Part shown: one piece after another, positions 1 to 11,597 of the stretch
How positions within the stretch are numbered: the first letter of the stretch is position 1
How the letters are laid out: every line of letters begins with the position of its first letter
Source: Octopus vulgaris
Lineage: Eukaryota
Length of the DNA: 64,000 nucleotides
Assembly (NCBI GenBank): GCA_951406725.2
Contig: OX597816.1
Span: 165,354,001 to 165,418,000, forward strand
Direction of reading: 5' to 3'
Notes under the pieces: model-generated
Told to the model about the DNA's origin: nothing
The model's input: the letters and a program-made list of their open reading frames with translations, nothing else
Database searches by the model: none
Program-made: the position numbers and the translations under genes

Positions 1-68
1 AGTTGATCTAATCGACTGGCCCCCACTCAGCCCAAAATTTGAGGCCTTGTGCCTAGAGTAGAAAAGTA
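1..68 (+). mobile_element. 3' end of SINE family C (tail ...GGCCTTGTGCCTAGAGTAGAAAAG), cut by the window edge
   Basis: Matches the 3' ends of the copies at 62310-62457 (+) and 12862-13065 (-). Confidence 0.7.
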
Positions 69-631
69 TATATAAATATATATACATTGTCTTTTAACAT
101 CCATGTTCCATATAATAAATACATATATGAGCTAGGTATGTGTACGCATGCTAACACTACTTGACAACCAGTGTTGGTTTGTTTATGTCCCTGTAAATTT
201 AAAGTTCAGCAAAACAAACCAATAGAATAAGTAATGGATTTGCAAAAATAAAAACTCCAGCGAATTCGTTCCACTAAACCCTTCAACCCAGTATGACTGA
301 AAGAAAGGGAGGGAGGGAGGGAGGGAGAGAGAGAGAGAGGGAGAGAGAGAGAGACTTTACATTGTTGCTGTTTGAGTCAAAGCAGTGATGTTTGTCTATA
401 TTCCCAATGAACTCAGAACATAAGCTATATCTATAGAATTATCATCATCATTTCACCTCTATTTTCCATACCATACTGGCTTGGAAAACACTACCATAAA
501 ACACTGCTTATATAGATTTTGTCTAACCAATGCAACCAAGCAAGATCAGATATAAAAAGCATGATAGTGATGGTGTATGATGTTGCATAAAGGAGAGGCA
601 GTTTGGCTTTGTGCCAAGAAGATGCACTGCA

Positions 632-944
632 TATACTAGTTAGTTAATTTGGCTCAAAAGCAAATAGCAAGGCCATGTAGGGGGACATGGAGTTAAGTAC
701 AGGGTGGTGTTCATGTAAAGAGTTCAGGCCACTTGAGGTCAAGGGAGGCTTTGAACAAGGCAGTCGTCGGCATCTTCACCATCTCGTCTGGCAGCTTGTT
801 CCACGGATCCGCAACCCGGACGGAGAAAGCTCCTCTCCTTCGATGAAATCGGCGCAGGTAGAGCTTTTCGGAATGACCCCGCAGCCGACGCTCTGGAGCA
901 GGAGTGAAGAACAGCTCTTTCGAGAGGTTACACTTTCCGCTTAC
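632..944 (-). mobile_element. CR1-type LINE 3' end (ORF2 C-terminus, 3'UTR, TAAC-type tail), 5'-truncated
   Basis: Minus strand reads ...ELFFTPAPERRLRGHSEKLYLRRFHRRRGAFSVRVADPWNKLPDEMVKMPTTALFKASLD..., the typical CR1 RGH..KL / FSVRV..WN.LP / FK..LD terminus. A second copy lies at 53703-53838. Confidence 0.85.
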
Positions 945-1157
945 TAAATGATCATTGAGACAAAACTGCAGGAGGATTATAGTTAAAAATTAAGCTCCTA
1001 ACTATAGGACACATTTTTGACTCAGCATTTTCCCTATATATAAATATCAGGTTTCTTTCAGTTTATGTCTACTATATCCACTCACAAGGTTTGCGTTGGC
1101 ACATGATATAGTAGAAGATATTTAACTGTCTATCTTCTTTTTGTAAAATTTTGAATA

Positions 1158-1189
<32 letters not shown>

Positions 1190-1197
<8 letters not shown>

Positions 1198-1440
1198 CAG
1201 TGTACATCTAAACACATGAGGAATCCACTAGTGGGATTCAACACGCTAGAAAGAACAGCTAGGTTCCATAACCACAAAATTAGGGATAAAATTGTTTTTC
1301 TAGCGTGTTGAATCTCACAAGTGGATTCCTCATGTGTTTAAATGTACACTGTATTTTATGACTAATACATAGTCTTTGGACTAAATTTTTACATGTTAGG
1401 CCACTAGAATTGGAATTTATTTCCATTTCCCTTTAATATG
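1190..1440. mobile_element. Fold-back element (62-bp inverted arms plus one-sided tail) between two (TA)n tracts; probable Penelope-like terminus
   Basis: 1191-1252 is the reverse complement of 1297-1358 with 3 mismatches; (TA)n on both sides. Confidence 0.55.
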
Positions 1441-1454
1441 ATATATATATATAT

Positions 1455-1922
1455 GGCCGTTTGCCAGCTCTGTCTGGCAACCGTGTCGGTGGCACGTAAA
1501 AGCACCATCTGTTCGCGTCCGTTGCCAGCCTCGGCTGGCCCCCGTGCCGGTGACACGTAAAAGCACCATCCGTTCGTGGCCATTTGCCAGCTCTGTCTGG
1601 CCCCGTGTCGGTGGCACGTAAAAGCACCATCCGTCCGTGTCCGTTGCCAGCCTCGGCTGGCCCCCGTGCCGGTGACACGTAAAAGCACCGTCCGTTCGTG
1701 GCCGTTCGCCAGCTCTGTCTGGCACCTGTGCAGGTGGCACGTAAAAAAACACCCACTACACTCGCGGAGTGGTTGGCGTTAGGAAGGGCATCCAGCCGTA
1801 GAAACACTGCCAGATCTGACTGGGCCTGACGAAGCCTTCCAGCTTCACAGACCCCAGTTGACCCGTCCAACCCATGCTAGCATGGAAAACGGACGCTAAA
1901 CGATGATGATGATGATGATGAT
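1455..1922 (+). mobile_element. RTE-type LINE 3'UTR with five ~60-bp tandem units and (GAT)n tail
   Basis: Ends CCCATGCTAGCATGGAAAACGGACG..AAAC(GAT)n. Same family as the copies at 37615-38050 and 56415-56740, which still carry the ORF2 C-terminus. Confidence 0.8.
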
Positions 1923-2202
1923 ATATAACAAATGAAAGACAGAAGATGGAATATACGAGAATTTATTATTAATCCCAATGGTTGTGGGACACTCAACAAC
2001 TGGTTCAGGAGCATCCGGTGCAGATGTATCTCGTCAGATGATAAATAAATAAAATCAACTTGTTAAAATGACTGTTCCACAATGTAACTTGTTGTTTTGT
2101 AGAGAGAAAAACAGCCAGAAGCAGGAAAAATCTTCATATATATAGAAGATCAAAAATAAAATTGCAGAAGATAAAATGAAGAATGAACACGTAATCCAGC
2201 AA

Positions 2203-2510
2203 GTAGGTACGTGGCTTAGTGGTTAGGGCATTCGGCTCTGAGTTTGATTCCCAGTGGCATGTTGTGTCCTTGAGTAAGACACTTTATTTCACACTGCTCC
2301 AGTCCATTCAGCTGGCAAAAATGAGTTGTACCAGTATTTCAAAGGACCGGCCTTGTCACACTTTGTGTCACGTTGAATCTCCCTGAGAACTACGTTAGGG
2401 GTACACATGTCTGAGGATTGCTCAGTCACTTGCATGTTAATTTCATGAGCAGGCTGGCCCGTTGATCGGATCAACTGGAACCCTCATCATCGTAACCGAT
2501 GGAGTGCTCC
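2203..2510 (+). mobile_element. tRNA-derived SINE (family D2: head B, tail Z)
   Basis: A-box-like TGGCTTAGTGG and B-box-like GAGTTTGATTCCC; 3' half shared with 31961-32348; homologous to 47290-47610 (-). Confidence 0.75.
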
Positions 2511-2512
2511 TA

Positions 2513-2543
<31 letters not shown>

Positions 2544-2595
2544 ATATATATATATATATATATACAACTTTCTCACCCTCATTAGTTGATTATAT

Positions 2596-2848
2596 CATCA
2601 TCATTTAACGTCCGCTTTCCATGCTAGCATGGGTTGGACGGTTCAACTGGGGTCTGGGGAGCCCGAAGGCTGCACCAGGCCAGTCAGATCTGGCAGTGTT
2701 TCTACAGCTGGATGCCCTTCCTAACGCCAACCACTCCGAGAGTGTAGTGGGTGATTTTATGTGCCACCGACACAGGTGCCAGATGAGGCTGGCGAACGGC
2801 CACGCTCAGATGGTGTTTTTTATGTGCCACCGACACAGGTGCCAGACA
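2596..2848 (-). mobile_element. RTE-type LINE 3' end, young subfamily
   Basis: Nearly identical to 59207-59470; (CAT)n tail on the plus strand. Confidence 0.85.
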
Positions 2849-3154
2849 TATATTGTGTAATTAGAACAAGTTTAATTTTTTAGTATAAGTGGAGAATAAC
2901 TTGATTCTGTGTATTTATATGTATGAAAAGGAAACATATAAAGATATGTCTTCACAGAATGTTTTCATATTATAGTTCAATTGAAATCATATTGGTATAT
3001 ACATTTTTAAGGTGAGTTTAGCAGATATAATCTATATAAACATATATAACAAAAGTGAGAAGGATGAAAGGGAACAAGGAAAAATAAAGTGTCACATGTT
3101 GCTTCAAGTCTTTTGTATTGAAAATTTTTTTAGTATATATATTTTTGAGTTTTC

Positions 3155-3428
3155 TGTGTGTGTGTGTGTGTGTGCATTGTGGGAGAGTGTAAATATGTTT
3201 CTTTATCTTGACATTGCATAATGTCAGTGGGTGTCATTGTCATATAAGCAATGTCATTCATTTCCAATATTCAGTAAAAACATGTCGGGCCATAAGGAAA
3301 TATCACCCAGTATGGAAACAGGTCAGTGTTGGTGACAGAGAGGGCACCAGGCTGTAGACAATCTGCCTCAGCAGACTCTACCTGACCCATGAAAGCATGA
3401 AAAAGTGGACAGTGCTGATGATTATGAC
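3155..3428 (+). mobile_element. SINE family E fragment with an RTE-like 3' tail
   Basis: GGAAACAGGT.AG.GTTGG.GACAG..AGGGCA.C...CCCATG.AAGCATG.AAAAGTGGAC tail. Related copies at 10575-10860 (-), 16110-16300 (-), 18420-18675 (+), 36430-36660 (-). Confidence 0.6.
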
Positions 3429-4677
3429 AACACTGTGCCACAGAGAGATGTGGATTCAAGACATGTATGAGGAAAGTGAGGGGATAGGTATTGTGCTGCA
3501 GACCCTAAAATTTTATGACAGCAAAGAAATCTGTAAATCTGCAATATTTTTTTTTAAAGCAGTGTTTTACAGTCAGATGCCCATTCTGTTGATAACCCTT
3601 ACCTTTAAAGGTATGTGAAATAATGGTTAGGATTCCTGGTGGTATGTTGTGCCCTTGAGCAAGACCCTTTATTTCACATTGTTCCAGTCCATACATCTGG
3701 AAAAAATCAGTACAAGGGTCAGCCTTGTCTCATACTGTCACATTAAGTGAACACACACCTGTGGAATGCTCAACCCCATGCATGCCAATTTCACAAATAG
3801 GCTGCTCCACTGATTCAATCAACTGGAACCCTCATTGTCATAACCAATGGAGTGCCAGTTAACCCTTGACTTTTTTTAAATAAGGGCTCTCTTATTTCCC
3901 ACATTTTCAAAAGTGCAAAGCCAACAGCATTTTTGTTAAGAGGATGGGTTGCAACATCACTGTAGTTTGTGATTTTTGGAGTAGCATTTGTCAACCAAAT
4001 CCGCTCACTAAGCTTTGGTTGGCCTGCGCAGTGGGTTCTATGGTTTCAAAAACAAAAAAAAATGTTTATTATTGAAAATAAATAGAAAAGGATAAATATG
4101 GTTTTTTTTTCAGCGTTCCCCATTTGGGACTTTTTGAAAAATTTATCTTATTTTCCAAAATATTCACATATGAAGAAAATTTAAATAATATATATTACTT
4201 TAACTCATAAGACACCTGGCAAAGCCAAAAATACTAAAAAATTTGGCAGTGGATGGGTTAATGTAGCACCAGCATGGGTGCTTTTTACATGGCACCAGCA
4301 CACTCAAGCTCCCCAAACATGCCAAAATAGTGTAGTTTTAGGTTCAATCCCACTTGGTGGAATCCAATGCAAGTTTCTTCAGCTACAGTTTTGGGTTAAT
4401 CGATGCGTTGTGAAAGAAATTTGATAGAGGGGAAACCATATGGAAGATGGTTTCCCCTCTACAGCAGAACTGTCCCCCGTTTCTCCATGGAAGACGTTTT
4501 CCGTTATATAGTTCACCACCACTGCCTGGTTCTTAGGAATCAAGCGTGAAGATAATTTGCCTTCCTTCCTTGATTATTTCCTTCTTCCCAAATCACAAAG
4601 ACCCTAAAATGGTCCTAGGTGTATCACCTGGCTTGACAATGAATGCAATGAGTTTCACAAAAAAAAAAATTATTTAC

Positions 4678-4736
4678 CTGAACCTTATCTTTCGGATTAA
4701 TATCTTCTTCTTCTGAAGAACTTCCTGTATACGATG
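4678..4736 (-). CDS. AHCYL: Internal coding exon of an IRBIT / S-adenosylhomocysteine hydrolase-like gene (AHCYL1/2 family), phase 1 to phase 0
   Basis: Minus strand: cttatttcag|CA TCG TAT ACA GGA AGT TCT TCA GAA GAA GAA GAT ATT AAT CCG AAA GAT AAG GTT CAG|gtaaat, i.e. (A)SYTGSSSEEEDINPKDKVQ. Canonical AG/GT, no stop. Resembles recalled human IRBIT ASYTDSSDDEVSPREKQQ and fly AhcyL ASYTGSSED..PREKVQ. Confidence 0.85.
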
Positions 4737-5156
4737 CTGAAATAAGAAATAAACATTATGATTACTAGCCGAGTCGATGGACAGATCAACAAAGTAAAAA
4801 AATAAATATATACATATTTAGGTCAACACCAACACTCATTTCAGCTGTTGGCTAATTAACTTGATTAAATGGTTATTGAACTGTAATATAAAGCAATGAA
4901 GACAGATCACCTAGGTTTCCTAGGTAACGATTCAATATTTCATGTATGCGCATGTATATGCATGTCTGTATGTGTGCATGTGTAAGAAGTTATGATCTTC
5001 AGAGACTGACACGTCAAATGGACAATAGTTATTACAATAACTACAGCCTTGACTAGAGTTTCTCAAAGGGCGAGCGAACACAGGAGGCAAGGTGGGACAC
5101 AGGTTACTTCAGAATGATGTGCTAGTGATAAATGAATGGAATTTACAAATTAAGTA

Positions 5157-5492
5157 AGGGTGGCTGTGTGGTAAGAAGCTTGCTTCTCAACCACATGGTT
5201 CTGGGTTCAGCCCCACTGCGTGAAGTGTCTTCTAATCTAGCCTTGGGCTGACCAACATCTTGTGATTGGATTTGATAGTTAGAAACTAAATGAAACCCGC
5301 TACATGTGTTTGTCCCTCACCACTTCTTGACAACAGGTGTTGGTGTGTTTACATCCCTGTTACTTAGCAGTTCAACAAAATAAACTGATAAAATAACTAC
5401 CAGACTTAAAAAAAAATACTGGAGTTGACTAAAATTCTTCAAGCTGGTGATCCAGCATGGCCAGTCTAATGACCGAAACAAGCAAAAGATAA
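5157..5492 (+). mobile_element. tRNA-derived SINE family B
   Basis: GTGGCTGTGTGGTAAG (A box), GGTTCAG.CCC (B box), GAAACAAG.AAAAGA tail. Confidence 0.75.
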
Positions 5493-6074
5493 AGTTTTAA
5501 AATTTGGTCCTAATAAGAGAATATAACTAAGAGAGTTAAATGTGGCATATGATGGAACTAACCAACATATTGGACGTTAAATTCCTGGCTCTAGCAAGAT
5601 AAATTACTGCAACAAAACTCCAAAATAGATACTGTGCTAATGTTCCCACATGTATTGGTTAGCATTAAGAGAAGCAGCTTTAGCTGATGTAGAAGATTTC
5701 TCTTAAAGTTTGCTATAAAAAGAAAAATAAACTAAAACAAAACAAAGTCATGCAAATATCTAACTCTGCAGTAGAATCCCACACAACTGATGCCAGTAAA
5801 GCAAAACGAATATGTAAATAGACATGGAAAAAATATGTAAAGAAATGAAAATCTGATGAGAAAATCAATACTGAAAATTAATCCTGTAGTAAGTATTTCT
5901 CTTCAAAACAAGAAATGTTAACCACTTTATGTAGCTTTTTCTAATAATAAACGAGCTACTGCCAGATTCGTCAGCAACAGCAGATTTTAAAACTGTCATG
6001 GTACAAGAAGCTAACTAACGAACGTCTACAGAGCTCAATGATTTGCTAGAAATAGTAACCAAATTACAACTTAA

Positions 6075-6790
6075 CATCATTATAATGATTTAATATCTGT
6101 AATCCATACTGGCACAAGCTGGATAGTTTGGCAGGGGCTGGCAAGCCAGAAGACTGTGTCGAACTCCAATGCCCTTCCTAATGCCAACCACTTTACAGTG
6201 TACTGGGTGCTTTTTTACGTGGAACAAACACCGGTGGATTTTTATGTGGCACCAGCACTGGGGATTTTATCATTGTTTTTTTTTTTTAAATGGAGTCAGC
6301 ACCGGAGTTTTTTTTTGTGGCACCAGTGCTTTTTACATGGCACCAACACCAGGGCGTTTTTATGTGGCACCAGCACCAGTGTTTTTTATGTGACACCAGC
6401 ACCAGAGCTTTTTTATGTGGCACCAGCACTGGTCCCTTTTATGTGGCACCAGCACTGGTCCCTTTTATGTGACACTAGTACCAGAGTTTTTTTGTGTGGC
6501 ACCAGCACTGGTCCTTTTTATGAGACACTAGCACCAGTGCTTTTTATGTGGCACCAGCACCGGTGCTTTTTATGTGACACTAGCACTAGAGCTTTTTATG
6601 TAGCACCAGGACCAGTGCTTTTATATAGAACCAACACCAACAGAATCACCCGGTACCTTGCAAGACAAACCCCACTCAACTGGAAATGGGGAAGTAATAT
6701 TGACAAGGTGTGGCTTTGTGCCAGTTGAAAGGTTTAAGGTATAGAGGGGAGAGATGTAGGTGTCTTGCTGTAGAGTAGACACATAGATAC
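6075..6790 (-). mobile_element. RTE-type LINE 3' region variant with an expanded minisatellite
   Basis: GCCCTTCCTAATGCCAACCAC core; similar to 15019-15400 and 47750-47960. Confidence 0.65.
6205..6640. repeat. Minisatellite, ~25-27-bp unit (GTGCTTTTTATGTGGCACCAGCACCA-like), about 15 copies
   Basis: Directly visible tandem array; explains the repetitive ORFs at 6156-6728. Confidence 0.9.
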
Positions 6791-7349
6791 CCCAGTTGGA
6801 AAACAAAGGAGAGTGAGTTGGGTTTTCACCAATTGCTCTAGATGCTTGTGTAGCCACAAGCAAACACAGATGACCTTTCAGTTGACCCACCCTTAATCCA
6901 GAGTAACACTGAGGTTGTGATAGCTAGAATGGGAAGGCAAAACAGTTACACCCGCACTCGGGTGGTACACATTTTCAGAAGAGTAGACATTAGGAACATG
7001 AAATTAAGTGCCTTGCTCAAGGACACAACAAGCAACCAGGTCTAAGAGTTGAACCCATAACCATAGTCATGAGAGCAACACCCTAACCAACTGGCCATGC
7101 ACCTTCACCATTCTAGACACAGTATATCACACATACAATCACACAGAAACACAAAAGTGATGGCCACAGCTGGAATCATAGGTTTCTGGGTTAAGGGTGA
7201 CCTAGAGTTTGGTCTCCTTTCTAGCAGCACCAACAAAAACAGCAGCAGGCACTGTACAAGGAATAAAATTACTCAACCCAGTGAGTTCTACTCAAAAAGC
7301 CATATGGCAGCAAGGACTACAATCTCAGTTTAATAAATGATTCAATATA

Positions 7350-7562
7350 AGTGAGCTGGCAGAAGCATTAGCAAACTAAGGAAAAATGCTTAGCAGTATT
7401 CCATCTGTCTTTATGCTCTGAGTTCAAATTCTGTCAAGGTCAACTTGTCCTTTCATCCTTATGGGGTCGATAAAATAAGCACGTGTTGAGTACTGGGACC
7501 GATGTAATTAGGTTACCTCTTCTTCTGGAAGTCCTGGCCTTGTCCCAAAATTTGAAACCAAT
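7350..7562 (+). mobile_element. SINE family C
   Basis: GTGAGCTGGCAGAA head, GAGTTCAAATT B box, CCTTTCATCCTT..GGGGTCGATAAAATAAG central domain. Confidence 0.7.
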
Positions 7563-10244
7563 ATGAGTATTTATGTTACTATCCACACACTCATGCACAC
7601 ATGAGCATATATGTGTAAGTTAATGTGTGATGATAATGATATATATATACACATACACACACACATATATATATACATGCACACACACACATATATACAT
7701 ACACACGTACACACACACACACAAATATATATATATTTATATGCATACATGCCAATATAACAGCATGAGTAGGTGTTACTGTGTTTATACAAAGACAAGT
7801 GCATCATGTACACATGACAAGTAAATTACAACTTTAGATTTAATTCCTAATTGCTGCTATTTCAGTTCACTTCAACTGTTAATGCTCTTGGGAAAAATTT
7901 TCTTGTCACAATTCCAAAGACTTTGTCACAGAAATAGAGGAATACTGCACTGAAGGAGATGATTGAACAATGAAGAATTCAAAAGTTTATCTGATTAATG
8001 AGTGCTGCTTAATATTTCAAACTCTAACAATTATACACGCATGGGGATTATCGAAAATTTTAAAATTTGGTACATTAATGTAGTTTTCCAAGCTGAATTG
8101 CTGGAGTTATTTCACTTTTTCCAGAAATAAACTTTTCAAAAAAGTTATAGAGGTTTGAAGTTTGATCATTTTCACCCAATCAAGAAACAGGATTTGGAAG
8201 GTGTCATTTTGTGCGTGACTGCACATTTTGTCAACATTCTGAAAATAGCACGTTCTCAATATTTGTATTCTACACACGAAAAACGAGTAAACAACATGTC
8301 TTTTGTAGTTTTAAGCATTCAACAACAGCATCAACAAGTGGTTTCAATATATTTGTCAACATGTGCTTTGTTGCAGACAAAAGAGTTCACATGTTCGACT
8401 TGTTACTATGGAAACAGGCAGGAATGTGCCTGTGGCTTACGACTGGCTAAAATTACCTAAAATTTTCAAACTTTAATAGTTAATAACTCTTTATTTATTG
8501 ATTTATTTATGGCAAAAGTGATTTTCATGGCATTGATTAGACTATAAAAATGTTTAATTACACTAAATATGAAATCAATTTGGACATTGACCTCGGCAGC
8601 CAAATAGAAAAGATTCACACACATAGTGTAGGTATGGCTGTGTGGTCAGGGAGTTTGTTTCCAAACTGTATGGTCTAGGGTACAGACTTACTGTGTGGTA
8701 CCTTGGGCAAGTGTCTTTTACTATAGCTATGGGCTGTCCAAAACCTTACCCAATCACTCCCTAACACACTCTTGTAAAACATGAGTAGACTTGCAGCTCC
8801 TCTACAACAAGAAACCTTTTCTGGCCCCTTCTCTCATCTGTAAGTATATAGCATCTACACACATACCTTACAAGCTGCATGTCAACCCCACTACAGCTGG
8901 TGGCATAAGGGAAGCATCTAGTACACTCTGAAGAGGTTGGTGGGGTTAGAAAAGGGAAAAAACTATGGAAACCATTCCAAAGCAGACACCTGAGCATAAT
9001 ATAGTCCTTAGAGCCATTTGAACTGTTCAACTCATATTAGCATGGAACATGGATGTTAAATAATGAGGATGATGATGATGCACTTAGAAGACTATAAATG
9101 AACACAGCAAAGCATTTTGGCTGAAAGTCTAATAAATAAACAATTTTTAACACTTGATCCCTATAAACTATATAAAAATCATTAAAGTTTTGTGTTTAAA
9201 CAATAACTGAGAAGAATAATATTGGTAATCCAACACAAAGCTTTCATTATTGTCACTGTAAAGATTGCCAACAATTTAAGGAGTTCAATAGCAACTGTAG
9301 TATCATGGAAAACTGCACATAATCTGGTGGGGGTGGGGGTGGCAGTGGTGCAGAGGAGGAAGTTAATCTTCTGAACTACATTGATTCCAGAGAAAAGAAT
9401 AAATTGAATCCCAAATATCTCTAAAATATCCATAGACTGTCAATAACAGTATTTACACAGAAATTGAGAAAAGAATACAATAAATAATTTAAAAAAAAAC
9501 AAAACAAAAAAAAAAAACAAACAAAAAAAAAAAACTCTGAAAATATCCTTGAGGGACATGTTCACCTTTTCTGCAATTCTATTTTAAAATGAATAAATCA
9601 TAGAGTTAAAAAAAAAAAAATCAATAATCCAAAAGCCATTCTGTCTAAAATTGTTTTCCAATATACTTTTTCATCTCACCTCCTTGCAACCTCAACAACA
9701 GCTGAATAAACCAAACAAAAGAATGAGAAATTTCACATTTCTAAATAAGGACAAAGAACATTTGCATAAGAATTAGAGAAGTGGTTTTTTTAGTGAAGGA
9801 AATGATCATAGTACGGGGTCAAATGTTAGGTAATATAATTCCCACACAAAGCATGCCAGCTAATGGACTATATATCATTAGCATTTCAATTAGTTAACTC
9901 TGATTGTACATCATCTTGTCTCCCCGCCACCCTTGAAATATCTAAAATTAAATGAAAATCTAATGTTCTTTGTCGTTATGCATTAAATTCGAAGATCAAA
10001 AGCCTGGTTTTTCTCTGTTCTACTACACATTTTCTGCAATAGCTTCGTCTTTTCTGTTTTTCGAAGCCACCATGTTTACATGGGTCGAAAGCATCTGAGC
10101 GCTGCAATATTAGTGATATTGTTCAAGCTTTCGTCGTCACAGTTGGATGCTTTTCAACCAATGAAAGTTAGTGAAGCACTTTTATCGGTCATGCAGACTG
10201 ATGCATGCAGGTTAAATCTGACTTTCTAAGCTTCACAAGCTTTG

Positions 10245-10578
10245 ACCTGATGAGGTTTCCTTGGATGTTTGGCCATGATTGCCTTTTGTAATTGTTTTAG
10301 CAAGTTAGCATAGTACCCTCCATTGATGGTGTGTAGTCCTTTTGAAAGTAGTCAATAAACCCAATGCCTTTTGCATCCCCCAAAAAACTGAGGATATCAC
10401 CTTCCCTGGAGATTGAATGACCAAATGACATTGGGCTTCTTTGGGGCAGGTGAAGAGAGGTGTTTTCACTGTGTGGATTACCTCTTTTGTCTCTTGACCA
10501 AAGTGATGAAGCCAACACTCATCCTGGTTAAGGAAACATTAAAGAAAATCAGCAGGATTTGCCTGAAACAATGTCACC
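10245..10578 (-). mobile_element. Degenerate mariner transposase fragment
   Basis: Frameshifted minus-strand translation: NQDECWLHHF..., PAPKK..., PGKVISSVF..DAKGIGFIDY..., HTINGGYYANLLKQLQKAI, matching mariner catalytic-domain motifs. Confidence 0.8.
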
Positions 10579-11597
10579 ATTGTTTTAATGTTCCCCTTAT
10601 CCATACATGCATGGGTTGAATGAGGTTTGTTGAGCAGATTCACAGTGGAGGGATGCCTTCCTGTTACCAACCCTTACTGGTTTCCATCCAAGATATTTCC
10701 CTGTGACAGGATACCCTTTCATGGAAGATTAGAAATAAAAGATACCGCTTGTTATGGCAGTGAGCACACTTGTGTACTACTATCACATGATGTCAAGACA
10801 GGAAGACACAAACACCCCCCCCCACACACACCCACACTCACTTGTGTGTGTGTGTGTGTGTAGTCCAATCCATGCCAACATGGAAATCTACATATATATG
10901 TAAATGAATGAGTAAATATTCTAATGAATATTCATTAGAGATGTTATTATCAGCAGTAAATATATGAATAATTAATAACAATAATATTAGTGGCCAGCAA
11001 GCAATAATGCCGTTAAATGGCTAAACAATAAAATGTTATAACTAACTAATAATTATAATAGAGGGTACACAAAGTACCAGCTTGCTACAAACAAGAGTTA
11101 AAACCCTCAAACAAGCTACTATCTCACTGAGATATAAAAGTCATGGGATCTAAAATTTACTGCAGCTGTTTTAGTAGAATTTTATTGATGTATTGATAGA
11201 TTACATCGTAGCATAAAGCAACCATCCACAGGTAAATTTTAAACAGGTATAAACAAGTAATACTATTTGTTGGATAGGTCAGCATCAAGGTTTTTATCTT
11301 ACTAGTTTATACCGGTCTGAAGTTTATCTAATAAATGTGGATTTATACTATGAATTTTTACCAAAACATCTGTAGTAAATTTTAAACCCCATTTCTGTTC
11401 TTTTTATACCTATTCCACACCTGGAATCTATGATTTATATTGGATTTGGTACCTGTTTATATATCTAACTTCAGTACACTACTAATACAACAGTTCATGG
11501 TTGTCTTTACCTCACAGTGAACCCAATGTTATGCTACCTAGCCAGTCCTGGTGCCCTACATCTTGATGTGACAAGATTCTAATGCATGCTGTATCTA

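Noticed and set aside
687-947. GC-rich 86-aa plus-strand ORF
   Set aside because: Antisense of the CR1 ORF2 C-terminus.
1455-1760. Regularly spaced palindromic repeats resembling a CRISPR array (also 6205-6640 and 16291-16520)
   Set aside because: No unique spacers, no cas genes, eukaryotic retroelement context.
2621-2860. Recurring peptide MLAWVGRF...FLQLDALPNANH in many ORFs, suggesting a gene family
   Set aside because: Antisense reading of the RTE 3'UTR repeat, with variable frames and stops.
8030-8610. Possible DNA-transposon or MITE segment
   Set aside because: I could not define TIRs, a TSD or a second copy by eye.
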